The position numbers were made by a program, and so were the translations under genes. 64,000 nt of DNA from Candidatus Latescibacterota bacterium. GTDB lineage: Bacteria > Latescibacterota > UBA2968 > UBA8231. The notes beneath the pieces were generated by a model. The model did not search any database, was not told the DNA's origin, and saw only the letters and a program-made list of their open reading frames with translations. Positions within the stretch are counted from its first letter, which is position 1, and every line of letters begins with the position of its first letter. This document shows positions 1 to 10,060 of the stretch, piece by piece. The DNA lies in assembly GCA_965200315.1 (NCBI GenBank), contig OZ241362.1, positions 2,080,001-2,144,000 on the forward strand. Reading direction: 5' to 3'.

Positions 1-203
1 CCGTCGAAATTTTTGACCTTTCCGGCCACCGAGTGCGGGAGCTGATTGCCGCGCCCCGAGCCGCGGGAGTCTATCGCGAAACGTGGGACGGACGGGATGG
101 GACCGGCTCAAGGGTCGCGCCCGGTTTATACCTATGTCGGATCGGGGTGAGTTCGAACATCGCCTCGACTGCCGAGACCCTGCTCATAGGAGTGGCGTAT
201 TGA
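1..203 (+). CDS. 3' end of a protein with FlgD Ig-like C-terminal domain (partial, runs off window)
   Basis: Frame from nt 3 reads VEIFDLSGHRVRELIAAPRAAGVYRETWDGRDGTGSRVAPGLYLCRIGVSSNIASTAETLLIGVAY* (TGA 201-203); same WDG..G..V.PG.Y motif and V-x-Y ending as the next two genes. Not in the supplied ORF track. Confidence 0.85.
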   Translation, partial: VEIFDLSGHRVRELIAAPRAAGVYRETWDGRDGTGSRVAPGLYLCRIGVSSNIASTAETLLIGVAY

Positions 204-2257
204 CCGCTTTCTTGCTAGTGCCGCTGCTGTTGCTCGCCGGGGCGGCTTGGGGCAGCTCGGCTGAGGCTTCGACGTTGCGCTCAGCCGAAGGGCAGGCGTC
301 GGCATGGGTCGTCGGCTCCAGTGGCGACCCTTGGGCCGAGGTAGCCGAGCGCTGGATCGCCCTCGACGACTCTGTGCGCCTTGGAGCCGTCCAGCCTCGC
401 TCCGTGCCCCCGGGGCACAACGTGCTGCGCGGGTTCGTGCGCGCAACGGGTGTTGCCGCTCAGGTCAACATCTTTGACTACCCGTGGGCTTTCACCAAAG
501 ACCCGGACCGGCTGGAGACCGACAACCAACTCGTGGGCTGGCATCCGCGCATGTGGGGAGGCAACGGAGCGGTGATGCGCGGCCTCATAGATGGCGACGA
601 GCTGACCGCCTCTTTCGTCCATCCGCCGCGCATCGACGGGCGGCCCAATGCCGCGGTGTTCTATACGCTTGACCTAGGAGTGCCCATCGCCCTCGATAGC
701 CTCGTTTTCTTTCCGCCCCAAAGCGGCTTTACCGACGACAACAGACGCCAGCGCAACGTCTTCCCCGTGGGCTACGAAGTGACGCGCACCAATACGCCCA
801 CAGACTGGCTCATTTTTGAGGATGAGGCCGTCGCGCTCGGGTCGCCCGGCTACCACCCGCTCGACGAGTTGGTCGGCAGCACCTTTTCCAACAACCAGAG
901 CATTGTGTCGCTGCGGCCGCCTTTGCGCTTTACGCGCTTTTTGCGCTTCAAGTTCGGCGGCGTCACGTCGCTGGGCATCCTCGCCGAGCTACAGGCTTTT
1001 GGCCGCGGCTATCCCCAAGTGGCGCGCTACTTGTCGCAAGTTAAGTCCTTTGGCGAGCCCGTGAGTCTCGGTCGTCTTACTTGGCACTTCACTCGCTACC
1101 GGCAGACGAGTTCCGGCCGCATCGTCGAAGACCGAGCGGCCCCGGTCCAGCTCGTCATCCAGACGCGCTCCGGCACGGACGACGATCCAATAGACCACTT
1201 TATTTTTGACGAACTCAGTCGCCTCCTCAAAGTGGATCGCCCGACCTACGAAGATGCGCCGAGAGTCGTGCATGCCGCCTACGCACGCGCGCCTGGGTTT
1301 CAAGCGCGCCGAGGAGAGGACACGGAGCATTGGACTCCTTGGTCCATTGCTTACGTAGAGTCGGGCGACGAGGTGCGCTCGGCCGATGGCGGGGCGTTTT
1401 TCCAGTTTCGCTTTGAGATCGCCACAGAGCATCCCTTTGCCTTTGGCGTGCTGGACAGCGTGGCCTTTGAGGTGTCGCCTCTGTTGGCCGATAGTGTGCT
1501 AGCCGAGGTCTCGCTCGCCGGGCCACTGCCCGACCCCAAGGTCCCGCTAGGCGAGGATACTACGTTTGTCTATGACATTCGCACAGTCTTCGCCACCAGC
1601 GGCCGCGTGGGGTTTGACGCGATCGAATTAGACGTGCCTCCGGGCGCACGTTTTCTCAGCTTGGAGATAGACGAAGTGTCCGCGCAGGAAGGCGTGGATT
1701 TTTCTTTTGTCGCCGCGCCCAATAAATTCAGCTTCACTTTTCCGCGAGTTTTTGTCGAGGACACGTCGTTTCGCGTACGCTACCGCAGTGCGATCTACCA
1801 AGCGTCGCTCTTTTTAGAAGGGCAATTGATCAACCGCGACCCACAGGCCGCCCTCTTGCCCCAGTCGATTGAAGCGGGTGATGCGCACGCAGATGTCGCC
1901 AGCAACAGCATCCAAGTGGTAGCCAGCGAGGAAGAGTTGAGTGTCTTGGGCGCACTGCGGCTGTCCTCGCCGGTTGTAACGCCCAATGGCGACGGAGCTA
2001 ACGACACCGTCGTCGCGGCCTTCGATCTGTTTGGCGTCAACGGAGCGCCGACCACCATGGAAGTGCGCGATCTCGCAGGACGCCGCGTCGCCATCCTGCT
2101 CAGCGCCACGTCCCAAGCTGGCTCCTACGCGCCGACTTGGGACGGCAGGGACGCGGATGGGGAGCTGGTGCCGCCCGGCCTCTACTTGGTGCAGATAGAA
2201 GTCGAGATCGATTTGGGCGTGACGACGCGGGCGCATGCGGTCGCCGTGGCCTATTGA
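200..2257 (+). CDS. Secreted protein with C-terminal FlgD Ig-like / TPNGDG domain
   Basis: ORF 83..2257; probable start TTG 200 (AGGAG at 188-192, overlaps upstream TGA) giving signal peptide LTAFLLVPLLLLAGAAWG; C-terminus SPVVTPNGDGANDT...WDGRDADGELVPPGLY...AVAY. Confidence 0.8.
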   Translation: MTAFLLVPLLLLAGAAWGSSAEASTLRSAEGQASAWVVGSSGDPWAEVAERWIALDDSVRLGAVQPRSVPPGHNVLRGFVRATGVAAQVNIFDYPWAFTKDPDRLETDNQLVGWHPRMWGGNGAVMRGLIDGDELTASFVHPPRIDGRPNAAVFYTLDLGVPIALDSLVFFPPQSGFTDDNRRQRNVFPVGYEVTRTNTPTDWLIFEDEAVALGSPGYHPLDELVGSTFSNNQSIVSLRPPLRFTRFLRFKFGGVTSLGILAELQAFGRGYPQVARYLSQVKSFGEPVSLGRLTWHFTRYRQTSSGRIVEDRAAPVQLVIQTRSGTDDDPIDHFIFDELSRLLKVDRPTYEDAPRVVHAAYARAPGFQARRGEDTEHWTPWSIAYVESGDEVRSADGGAFFQFRFEIATEHPFAFGVLDSVAFEVSPLLADSVLAEVSLAGPLPDPKVPLGEDTTFVYDIRTVFATSGRVGFDAIELDVPPGARFLSLEIDEVSAQEGVDFSFVAAPNKFSFTFPRVFVEDTSFRVRYRSAIYQASLFLEGQLINRDPQAALLPQSIEAGDAHADVASNSIQVVASEEELSVLGALRLSSPVVTPNGDGANDTVVAAFDLFGVNGAPTTMEVRDLAGRRVAILLSATSQAGSYAPTWDGRDADGELVPPGLYLVQIEVEIDLGVTTRAHAVAVAY

Positions 2258-2272
2258 TGCGGAGAAAAGCCG

Positions 2273-2385
2273 ATGCTCAGACGCTGTCTGAAAATCCCCG
2301 TCGGAACGGCCGGGGGCCGTTTGCACGAGGGCGAGACGCCCTCGATCCCAGCGGGTGGAGCGCCCCTCAGACCAATGCTTAGACG
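2273..2385. repeat. Short REP/MITE-like element, degenerate copy (relative at 50501-50635)
   Basis: Shares GCTGTCTGAAAA, CGGAACGGCCG and CGAGG(G/A)C(G/A)AGA(C/T)GCCCTCGATCCCAGCGG(G/C)TGGAG with 50501-50635; bounded by near-direct repeat ATGCT(C/T)AGACG at 2273 and 2375. Confidence 0.65.
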
Positions 2386-4795
2386 TGATCTCATCCGCGT
2401 CAGCCCCTGGCAGTGGAGTAAAAAACTATCTCTGCTGCTCTTGCTCGCGGCTCACTCCGCCCTATACGCTCAGGACATTGTTTTTGCGGGGACGGACTTT
2501 GCGGCGTGGCATCATCCGGCCGGGCTGGTCCAAATCAGCTCTACCGGGGTCGCTGTTAAGCGTTTTGGCACCTCGTTTAACGCAGTTGCCAATGCCAACG
2601 AATTTTCATCCGTTACCATTGGCGACTACGGCCGCTTGCCGGTACGCACACCCTCCAATCAGGCTCAAGCCGGACTAGTGGCGGATCAAGACCACAACAC
2701 CTATTGGCAGCCCGACTTAGACGATCCGCTCCAGAAGTGGTGGCTAGAGGTCGATTTGGACCGGGCGGTCGTCGCCCGCAAAATTCGCTTGATCTTTCCC
2801 CAAACCGAGAACGCTCGCCCCTTTGAGTTCTTTTCGGTCCACGTCAGCCCGGGCATCCAAGTCGCGGGCGCACCGGGTAAGCAAGTCGCGTTTGAGCGCG
2901 TCGGTCGCCCGGTCAACAACAACACCAAGCAGGTGGTAGAGTTCGAGCTCAAAACCGCCAATAAGCCCCCTCCCAGCGGAACTCCCAAAGGGCAGTACTT
3001 GGCAAAGAGAGACAGCTTAGATTTTTCTATCCTCCGCTTTGTGCGCTTTGAAGCGGCCGGCCAAACCGCTGGTGCCGCCCTCGCGGAAATCGAGGTGGAT
3101 GTCATTGGCTTCAACCTCTCGACCCGGGTGTTTACCGAGGAGCGCACGGAAAAGGGCGAGGCGAGTTGGGGCGGCAGGACGTGGACTTCAAGAGCACGCG
3201 ACTGCGACGGCTGCGGCAAGGCCAGCGGCGCGGAATTTCTCGTGGATGCGGACCTCGGCCGACGGCTGTGGAGCATCCAAGCCTCTTCTGGTGATCGCGA
3301 TTGGCGCGACGATGGCGTCTGGTCCGTGATCGACTTTGGCAACGTGTTCCGCATCGACCGAATCATCTTCGTGCCGCTCATCGGCGGCCGCAGTCCGTGG
3401 CTCTACGGCTACCAACAGGGCGCGGTGGGCGGCTTTCCCAAGTTCGACATCCTCACCTCCGACGGCAGTCCGAGCAACACGGCCGACCCGACGGCCGAAG
3501 GGCCGTTTGAATACGAGCTGCTATCCGAAGTGCGCACCAGCTACCCCTTCAACGATTTTCAATTTTCCACCCGCGACACGCGCCTCATCCTCTGGCGCGT
3601 GATCGGCTTCTACGGGCGCGACGCCAATGCCTTGCAGCTTTTTGCCTTTCACCGCGAGGGCTATCCCAAGCGCGTCGAGCTAGAGTCCGACGACCTCGAC
3701 CTGGGCGCGGCGCGCAGCATTCGGCGCATTGAGTGGGACGCTGACCTGCCGCCGGGAACGCGCTTAGAAGTGCAGACCCAGACGGGCAACGGCTTTACAG
3801 AAGTTACGCGCTACTTTCTCAAAAATGGCGATGAAGTCACCAAGGAAGCCTATGAAGCGGCGCGCAAGCGCTACCGCGGCGACATCGTGCAAGAAAATGT
3901 GCGCGATGCAACGTGGAGCACTTGGAGCCAGCCGCACCGCTTTTCCGGCCAGAGCTTTCAGTCGCCTTCGCCGCGGCGCTACTTGCGCACGCGCATTCGC
4001 CTGTACAGCGACGACCCAGACGTGTCGCCGATGCTGCGCTCGCTGCGGGTTGTGGCCAACGATCCAGTCATTTTTGCTGGCCTGAGCGGCTCGGTGTGGC
4101 CGCGCGAAGCCGCCCTCGATTCGCTGACCGAGTTTCGCTATACCATTAAGCCGCAGGCGTTCAACAGCCGCGACCCTGGGTTCGACCAAGTACTGCTCGC
4201 CTTGCCGCCGGGCAGTGCGGATGCCGAATTGATTGCGGCGTGGGTGGGAGGCCAGCAGGTAGAGGCGACCAGTTCGTTGCGCGGAGATTCCCTGTGGGTG
4301 CAGTTGCCGCCGCCGGTGGTAAAGCGCGATTCCGTCAACATAGCATTTGCAACGCGGGTTTTTGCCAGCCCGACGGTCTTTGAGACCTTTGTCTTTAACT
4401 CCAGTCAAGAAGACAATGGTCAAGGCGTCGTGCCAGTCGAGTTGGGAGCCGATCAAGTGTTTGTGCCCGCGGTGGTGCAGGGCGCATCCCTGATCCGCAA
4501 CGTGCGCCACGCCGCGCTGTTCACACCCAATGGCGATGCGGTCAACGACCTGTACGAGCTGAGTTTTACCGTCGTCAAGACCAACAAGCAGCCACAGGTA
4601 CGCGTCTTTTCGCTCGACGGCCGCCTAGTCGCCCAATTAAAAGACAGCACTCCGCACGGGGCCCGGGCAACGTATGCTTGGGATGGCCAGCGCAACGGCG
4701 CGTTCGTACCGCCGGGCATCTACCTAGTGCAGGTCGAACTGCAGACGGATCCGAAGGATGAAATCGTGCAAAAGTACGTTCACGTCGTGTATTAG
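2375..4795 (+). CDS. Secreted protein, discoidin/F5-8-like N-terminal region and C-terminal FlgD Ig-like domain
   Basis: ORF 2273..4795; probable start ATG 2375 followed by signal peptide KKLSLLLLLAAHSALYA; DQDHNTYW..WWLEVDL discoidin-like motif; C-terminus LFTPNGDAVND...WDGQRNGAFVPPGIY...HVVY. Confidence 0.8.
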   Translation: MLRRDLIRVSPWQWSKKLSLLLLLAAHSALYAQDIVFAGTDFAAWHHPAGLVQISSTGVAVKRFGTSFNAVANANEFSSVTIGDYGRLPVRTPSNQAQAGLVADQDHNTYWQPDLDDPLQKWWLEVDLDRAVVARKIRLIFPQTENARPFEFFSVHVSPGIQVAGAPGKQVAFERVGRPVNNNTKQVVEFELKTANKPPPSGTPKGQYLAKRDSLDFSILRFVRFEAAGQTAGAALAEIEVDVIGFNLSTRVFTEERTEKGEASWGGRTWTSRARDCDGCGKASGAEFLVDADLGRRLWSIQASSGDRDWRDDGVWSVIDFGNVFRIDRIIFVPLIGGRSPWLYGYQQGAVGGFPKFDILTSDGSPSNTADPTAEGPFEYELLSEVRTSYPFNDFQFSTRDTRLILWRVIGFYGRDANALQLFAFHREGYPKRVELESDDLDLGAARSIRRIEWDADLPPGTRLEVQTQTGNGFTEVTRYFLKNGDEVTKEAYEAARKRYRGDIVQENVRDATWSTWSQPHRFSGQSFQSPSPRRYLRTRIRLYSDDPDVSPMLRSLRVVANDPVIFAGLSGSVWPREAALDSLTEFRYTIKPQAFNSRDPGFDQVLLALPPGSADAELIAAWVGGQQVEATSSLRGDSLWVQLPPPVVKRDSVNIAFATRVFASPTVFETFVFNSSQEDNGQGVVPVELGADQVFVPAVVQGASLIRNVRHAALFTPNGDAVNDLYELSFTVVKTNKQPQVRVFSLDGRLVAQLKDSTPHGARATYAWDGQRNGAFVPPGIYLVQVELQTDPKDEIVQKYVHVVY

Positions 4796-4940
4796 ATGAG
4801 TTTTGGACTGTTAAAACCATCACCTAAAGGAGATATAACAGTGTGTATCGCAAGAGGAAATCGGCGTGGTTGAAACGATAATGACCAAGAGGTAAAAAAT
4901 AGCCATTGAATTTTTTGCGCCGAGAACGCCATTTCGGGCA

Positions 4941-5339
4941 ATGGCCGCTGAATTCGCACAACACTCAGAAGACATCGAAATGCGGCGAGACGCTCTGAAT
5001 TGTCTCGTGCAGATCGCCGCTGCCGATGGCGCGTTACACGCACACGAGAAACGCTATCTCAATGAAGCGGTCACCGCATTTGGACTACCGCCAAACACCT
5101 TGACCGAAGCCTTGGAAGAGCTACTTCCCGATCTACAGAAATACTATAAGCTCCTCGGCTGCGACCCCTCAGCTTCCGACGCCGAATTGACCCGCTGCTA
5201 TCGCGAATTGAGCAAACAATACCATCCCGACCGAATCTTCTCAAAGGAGCTCGCGCCGGATTTTATCGGATTCGCAAAAAAGAAATTCCAAGATATTCAA
5301 AACGCCTACTACATCATAACCGAGCGTCGCAAATCATGA
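4941..5339 (+). CDS. DjlA-like co-chaperone (TerB-like + DnaJ domain), probably 5'-truncated
   Basis: IAAADG..H..E TerB-like motif, then YYKLLGC...YRELSKQYHPD J-domain with HPD; in-frame TAA at 4893 precludes a longer N-terminus. Confidence 0.7.
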   Translation: MAAEFAQHSEDIEMRRDALNCLVQIAAADGALHAHEKRYLNEAVTAFGLPPNTLTEALEELLPDLQKYYKLLGCDPSASDAELTRCYRELSKQYHPDRIFSKELAPDFIGFAKKKFQDIQNAYYIITERRKS

Positions 5340-5593
5340 GAATTCGCTACCTTGAAGATACGGATACCGCATTTATCGAGTTCACCGCAAAGCGCGTCGC
5401 CGAGACCCAAAAGTTGTGCGAGAACATCTACATTGCCCTCGACGAGCGAGGCGACCTCGTCTCTATGAAAATTGAGCGTACCAAGCAAAGTGCCGACATC
5501 CTAGAGTTCACCTTCGAGCGTCAACCAACAGCGACTGCGGAGTCAGTGTATAGCGAATCTGGATTCCCGCCTACGCGGGGAGGCAGTGGTTAG
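5336..5593 (+). CDS. DUF2283 domain protein
   Basis: MRIRYLEDTDTAFIEF...ENIYIALDERGDLVSMKIE fits the DUF2283 pattern; ATGA overlap with upstream gene. Confidence 0.75.
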   Translation: MRIRYLEDTDTAFIEFTAKRVAETQKLCENIYIALDERGDLVSMKIERTKQSADILEFTFERQPTATAESVYSESGFPPTRGGSG

Positions 5594-5639
5594 CGATCAC
5601 TAACCACGAACCACTAAACCAACCTGTGGGAGAGAGGAC

Positions 5640-8272
5640 GTGAGACGTCTAACGATACTATTGCTGTATAGCGGTTGGCTCCTCGGCTTGCCGCAGCCGG
5701 CGGCGGCCCAGCGCGCCACTGGATTTGACAATCCCTATTACACTTCAGCCACTGAAGTCGCGCCTTCAACCCTCGTCCCTTCGGTCCGCAAGTGGTACCA
5801 GCCGCAGCGCCTGTACGAACTCTACGACTGGCGGCAAGACCAGTACTCCAACTACGCACGCAACCCCTACCAACGCTACAACGACGTATTCTTGGAGGGA
5901 TCGCCCTTTTACGACATCTACGGCTCGTATATCAGCCAAGGTTGGCAGGTGTACAACTGGACCGAGGACTATCCCACGGCCAGCGGCAGCAGCATCTTCA
6001 AAAGCCCGCGCTTTAGCTCGTGGTTCAGCAACGTCCTCATCTCCTCCAGCCACTCCGGGCAGTTCCACTCCTCGCTGATGGTAGGCGACGGCATCCGCAC
6101 GACCCTGACGCCGCTCACCTTTTCCAAGCCGCGCTTCGACGGTGTGCAGTGGGACATGATGTCGGACAAATACGCCCTAACCCTGCTCACCTCGCGCATC
6201 AACAACACCGGTGTCGTCGCCGGCGTCGCCGGCGAGGCCGGCGTGAAGTTTAGCACCTTTACCAATATGTGGGCTGCGAAAGGCCAAGTCAGTATCGGCG
6301 ACTTCTCCAATATCGGCCTGACGTTTGTCAACGCCGCCCACATGAACTCCAACATTCCCTTTGGCGACAATTCGCTCAAAGGCCAGCTCAGCGGGCCGAT
6401 GAACAACGACTTCGTGCGCTCGATCATCGTGCGCATTTCCGACGACTCACCCGAAGACGGCGAAGGGGGTGCCCTGCTATCGCGCTGGCGCGTTTTCGCC
6501 AATGGCGTCGAGCACACCGACGACATCGCGCCCGTGGTAGAAGGTGGGTTCCGTCGTCGCGGCGTGATTGAAGCGAGCGGCACCGACGTAATAACCCTCA
6601 CGTTTAACATCGAGGACTTCGCGCCCACTGTTGACGACGAAATCGACGACTTCCGCGAGATTGAGCACGTCGAGATCGGCCTAGTACTGGCCAACGACTA
6701 CAAGGTCGAGGTCGCTTCCAACAAACAGACCAACCAACTCGGCTCACCAGTGTTCCTGACCGTGCTGCGCGCCCCGGGCAACGTCAAGGACGGCGCCAAC
6801 CAAGCCTTTCACACCTTTCGCTACGGTCTGCCCACCGGCAACCGGCTACTCGGCTTTGATCTGTCAATCAACGATGTCGCCGGTTTTGACCTAAAGGGAG
6901 AATACGTGCGGAACTTCCAGTACCGCCGCTTCCCCAACGAAAACTTCATCCGCGAGCAAGCCCTCGCCACCAACACCGCCGACGCCTTTTACATCACCGC
7001 GCAGAAGCGGCATTACCCATGGACGGTTTTTGCCGAAGCCTTTAGCATGGACGCCGAGTACTCAACCCAAGCCTTTATCCCCAACTCCGAGGGCGAGGTG
7101 TCCTACGGCAACGAACAACAAAGCGCGTACGAGTTCGTCGATGACAACGACGATCAAGACGAATTGCCCGACTGGACCCGGCGCTACCACGGCCCGCGCG
7201 TCAACACCCGCCAAGGAGTGGGGCTATTGACCGACAGCGCGGTTTTTCCTGGAATCGACGAAAACAACGACGATCTGTCGGATTTCAACCGCAACTTCAA
7301 CCGCCTACCCGACTACGCCGAGCCCTTTCTGCGCTTCGAGGTTGATCCCCCCGACTTTCTCTTTGGCATGGACATGAACAACAACGGGGTCATCGACCGC
7401 TTTGAAGACGACGCCGAAGCGGACTATCCCTACAAGCGCGGGCACCGGGATACAACACATACATAGGCGTTGAAATCGCGCCGGACATCAACCTCATGGC
7501 CGGTCGGCTCGACGAGCGTTTGCTAAAAACCGCCCGCGAAAACGCGACCACGTACCTGCTCTTGACCGCGAGCGAAAAATTCCCTCGCTACAACCTGCAA
7601 TTGCGGCTGATTGTCAATCCGCGCAAGGTCGCAGACGACATTCCCGAGGACGTCTTTTTGTGGGTTGATACGCCCGGCACCTTCGGAGAAGCGCGCTTTA
7701 TCCGCGACCAGCTCGTGGCGCGCGATGCGTTCGTCAACACCACGTATTTAGACGTGCGCTACGACCGCTACATCTCGTTTACCACCAAGGTCAAGCACGA
7801 ACAATACACGCAATTGGCGGCGGCGGCTGAAGCACTGAACAACCGGCGTTTCTTCGGCGTGATCAACAAGGCCCAGTACCCGCTCCGCCTGCGCTCTTGG
7901 GGTTTGACCCTGAACTGGAAACAGCTATACAGCAATCGGGTGCCGGCGGACAAGGGCGCGTTGCAAACGTCCGATCTAACGGAGATTTTCTCGCTGCTGG
8001 CCGACCGCGAGATCAACCGCCATATGAGCTTTACCGCGGGCGTCGAATACGAGATAGCCAACAATCTGGGCGAGCAGCTTGAGGGGCTTCTAGAGGACGG
8101 TACTACGCTGGTGCTGGCCGGCCAAATCGCCAACCAATCGGCCTATCAGGGGTATGCGCTGACGACCAACGTCGGGCTGCGCTGGACCCGCGAAGACCTC
8201 GACTCAGCTCCTGCGTCGGCCAAGCTATTCACCTTTATCAGCGTCTTCGCCGGGCTGGGCAAGGACCTGTGA
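5640..8272 (+). CDS. Large secreted protein with Dx[DN]xDG-like Ca-binding motifs and beta-strand-rich C-terminus; split by a 1-nt frameshift near 7447-7450
   Basis: ORF 5640..7466 (signal peptide MRRLTILLLYSGWLLGLPQPAAA) joins ORF 7496..8272 if one G is added to CGGGA: ...YPYKRGHRGYNTYIGVEIAPDINLMAGRL; motifs DDNDDQDELPD, DENNDDLSD, DMNNNGVID. Confidence 0.75.
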
Positions 8273-8500
8273 TTCAGTTTTGGGGACGCTCATGCTTCTA
8301 CGCTCCCGTGCTTTGATACGAACTCAGCCCCCGTTGCCAAAACTGATAGGTTGCCGCAAACAGCAGGCGGCCTCGCTCTTGCCGCCGAAGAAGAGCATGA
8401 TGGAGAACCAAATCAGGTTCCCGGCGAAGACGAAGGCGATCACCCATACGACCTCGAAGATGCCCCACTGCATCTCGACGAGTTGGCCGGCGACTACTAG

Positions 8501-8653
8501 ATAGATGGCCAGTGGGCTGTAAAAACAGCCTTTGAACGGCATAACGGCCCACGCGGAGCCGCCCATTTGCTCGGCGTCCATCCCAACACGCTGCGCAGCC
8601 GCCTGCGGAAGTTAGGCATTCCATTCCGCAAAAAGGAGCGAAGACGACGCTGA
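8501..8653 (+). pseudogene. Remnant of a sigma54 activator C-terminal Fis-type HTH
   Basis: Reads ...NGPRGAAHLLGVHPNTLRSRLRKLGIPFRKKERRRR*; in-frame TAG at 8498-8500 upstream, no AAA+ domain. Confidence 0.6.
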
Positions 8654-8693
8654 CTATGTTCGGCTCACGATGCCGTTGGCAATGGCAGCGGCT

Positions 8694-10043
8694 TTACGGT
8701 CTGTCGAATGGCAAGCTGACCTCGGCGAGCACTTCCGCATTGATCGCAACGTCCGCGCTGTATTGCTCGCGCAGCCGCGCAATAAACGCATCCATAGCCT
8801 TGGTTGCCGCCTGCTGCCTCAGCAGGGTTTTGATGCTGTTATAGACCAAGGATATATCCGCCACTTTGCCGTCACTGCGGGTAAACATCTCGACGTTGGC
8901 ATCGTAGTGCGCACGAATGTCCGCTTCGGTGATGGGCTGCTGGCGCGCCACTTCTTGGCCCTCGGTGCGATAGAGCCACTCGACGATGAGCGCGTCGCGC
9001 TTGTGCTCGGCCTGGGCGCGCACCTCGGGGTCGCGGTCGTATTGCAGCTTGCGGCCCTCGGCCATCATAATCTGCACCCCGGCCAAGTTCTCGACCGCCT
9101 TGTAGCGGGCGGCACTGTCGAGCCGGCTGTGGCTCGCTTTTAGGCTGGCCCAGTACGCGGCCGTAGTCAGTTGGCCACCGCGCCAGCTAAAAAGCACCCG
9201 CTCCTCGCCATCGGGCGCGGACACGGCCAAGGCTTTTAACCCCTCGTCGTGATCCTCTAACTCGTATTCGCGGCGCAGGCGATGGACGTATTGTTGCATG
9301 TCGTCGGCCCGCTTTTGCACGCGCGCTTTTTCTTGCAGCCACTCGCGTTGGGCCGCAAAATCCACGTGCCGCCGTTGGTCGAGCCGGAAGACGTGATAGC
9401 CTATTTGGGTCTTCACCGGATGCGGATAGAGTTGGCCCTCGTCCATGGTCCGCAGCGGTTCCATCAACTCGGGCAGCATGTGGCCCATCTTGAACCACCC
9501 TAACCGGCCGGCCGGGCCAAAGCGCCGCTGGATGGCGGTCGTCGAATAAATGGGCACCAGCGACTCAAACGGAGTCCCTTCTTGCAGGGCCGTTAGTACT
9601 TCCAGGGCCTCCTCTTCAGTGGCGCAGACAATCTGCTGGCTCAAGACCTCGACATCGTATTCGCGTTCTTTGGCGAAATTCCGTAGCTCCTCTTCAGTTG
9701 ATTTATAGTCGCCGTGCAGGGCCTCTTCCTCGTACAGTTTGTTCATCACAGCCCTTTGCTCGATGCGCTCGACTTCGCCGGCAATGCTCGGCTCGCGGTC
9801 GAGGCCGCGGCGCAGCCCTTCGCGCACCAACAGTTCGCGGGCGATCACGCCGTTGAGCAGCGCTAGCTTGGCGTCTGCATTCATCTCCTTGATGTGCTTA
9901 TAGCCCGTTTCCAGCAGCTTTTGCGCTCGCTGGCTAAAGTCTTCCTTTGATAGGGTGGTTTCGCCGATGCGGGCGACGTAAGTAGGCTCAGATTCTGTTC
10001 CACAAGCCACGAGCGCGAGCAAGGCGATTATTCTCAACTTCAT
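8694..10043 (-). CDS. Parvulin/PrsA-SurA-like peptidyl-prolyl isomerase lipoprotein
   Basis: Start ATG 10043, MKLRIIALLALVAC lipobox; rotamase motifs GTPFESLVPIYS, GRLGWF, PVKTQIGYHVF; SurA-like ELLVREGLRRGLD. Confidence 0.8.
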   Translation of the reverse strand: MKLRIIALLALVACGTESEPTYVARIGETTLSKEDFSQRAQKLLETGYKHIKEMNADAKLALLNGVIARELLVREGLRRGLDREPSIAGEVERIEQRAVMNKLYEEEALHGDYKSTEEELRNFAKEREYDVEVLSQQIVCATEEEALEVLTALQEGTPFESLVPIYSTTAIQRRFGPAGRLGWFKMGHMLPELMEPLRTMDEGQLYPHPVKTQIGYHVFRLDQRRHVDFAAQREWLQEKARVQKRADDMQQYVHRLRREYELEDHDEGLKALAVSAPDGEERVLFSWRGGQLTTAAYWASLKASHSRLDSAARYKAVENLAGVQIMMAEGRKLQYDRDPEVRAQAEHKRDALIVEWLYRTEGQEVARQQPITEADIRAHYDANVEMFTRSDGKVADISLVYNSIKTLLRQQAATKAMDAFIARLREQYSADVAINAEVLAEVSLPFDRP

Positions 10044-10060
10044 ACGACAAATTTTCTCCA

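Noticed and set aside
83-199. N-terminal extension of ORF 83..2257
   Set aside because: Overlaps the 3' end of the upstream gene; TTG 200 has an RBS and starts a signal peptide.
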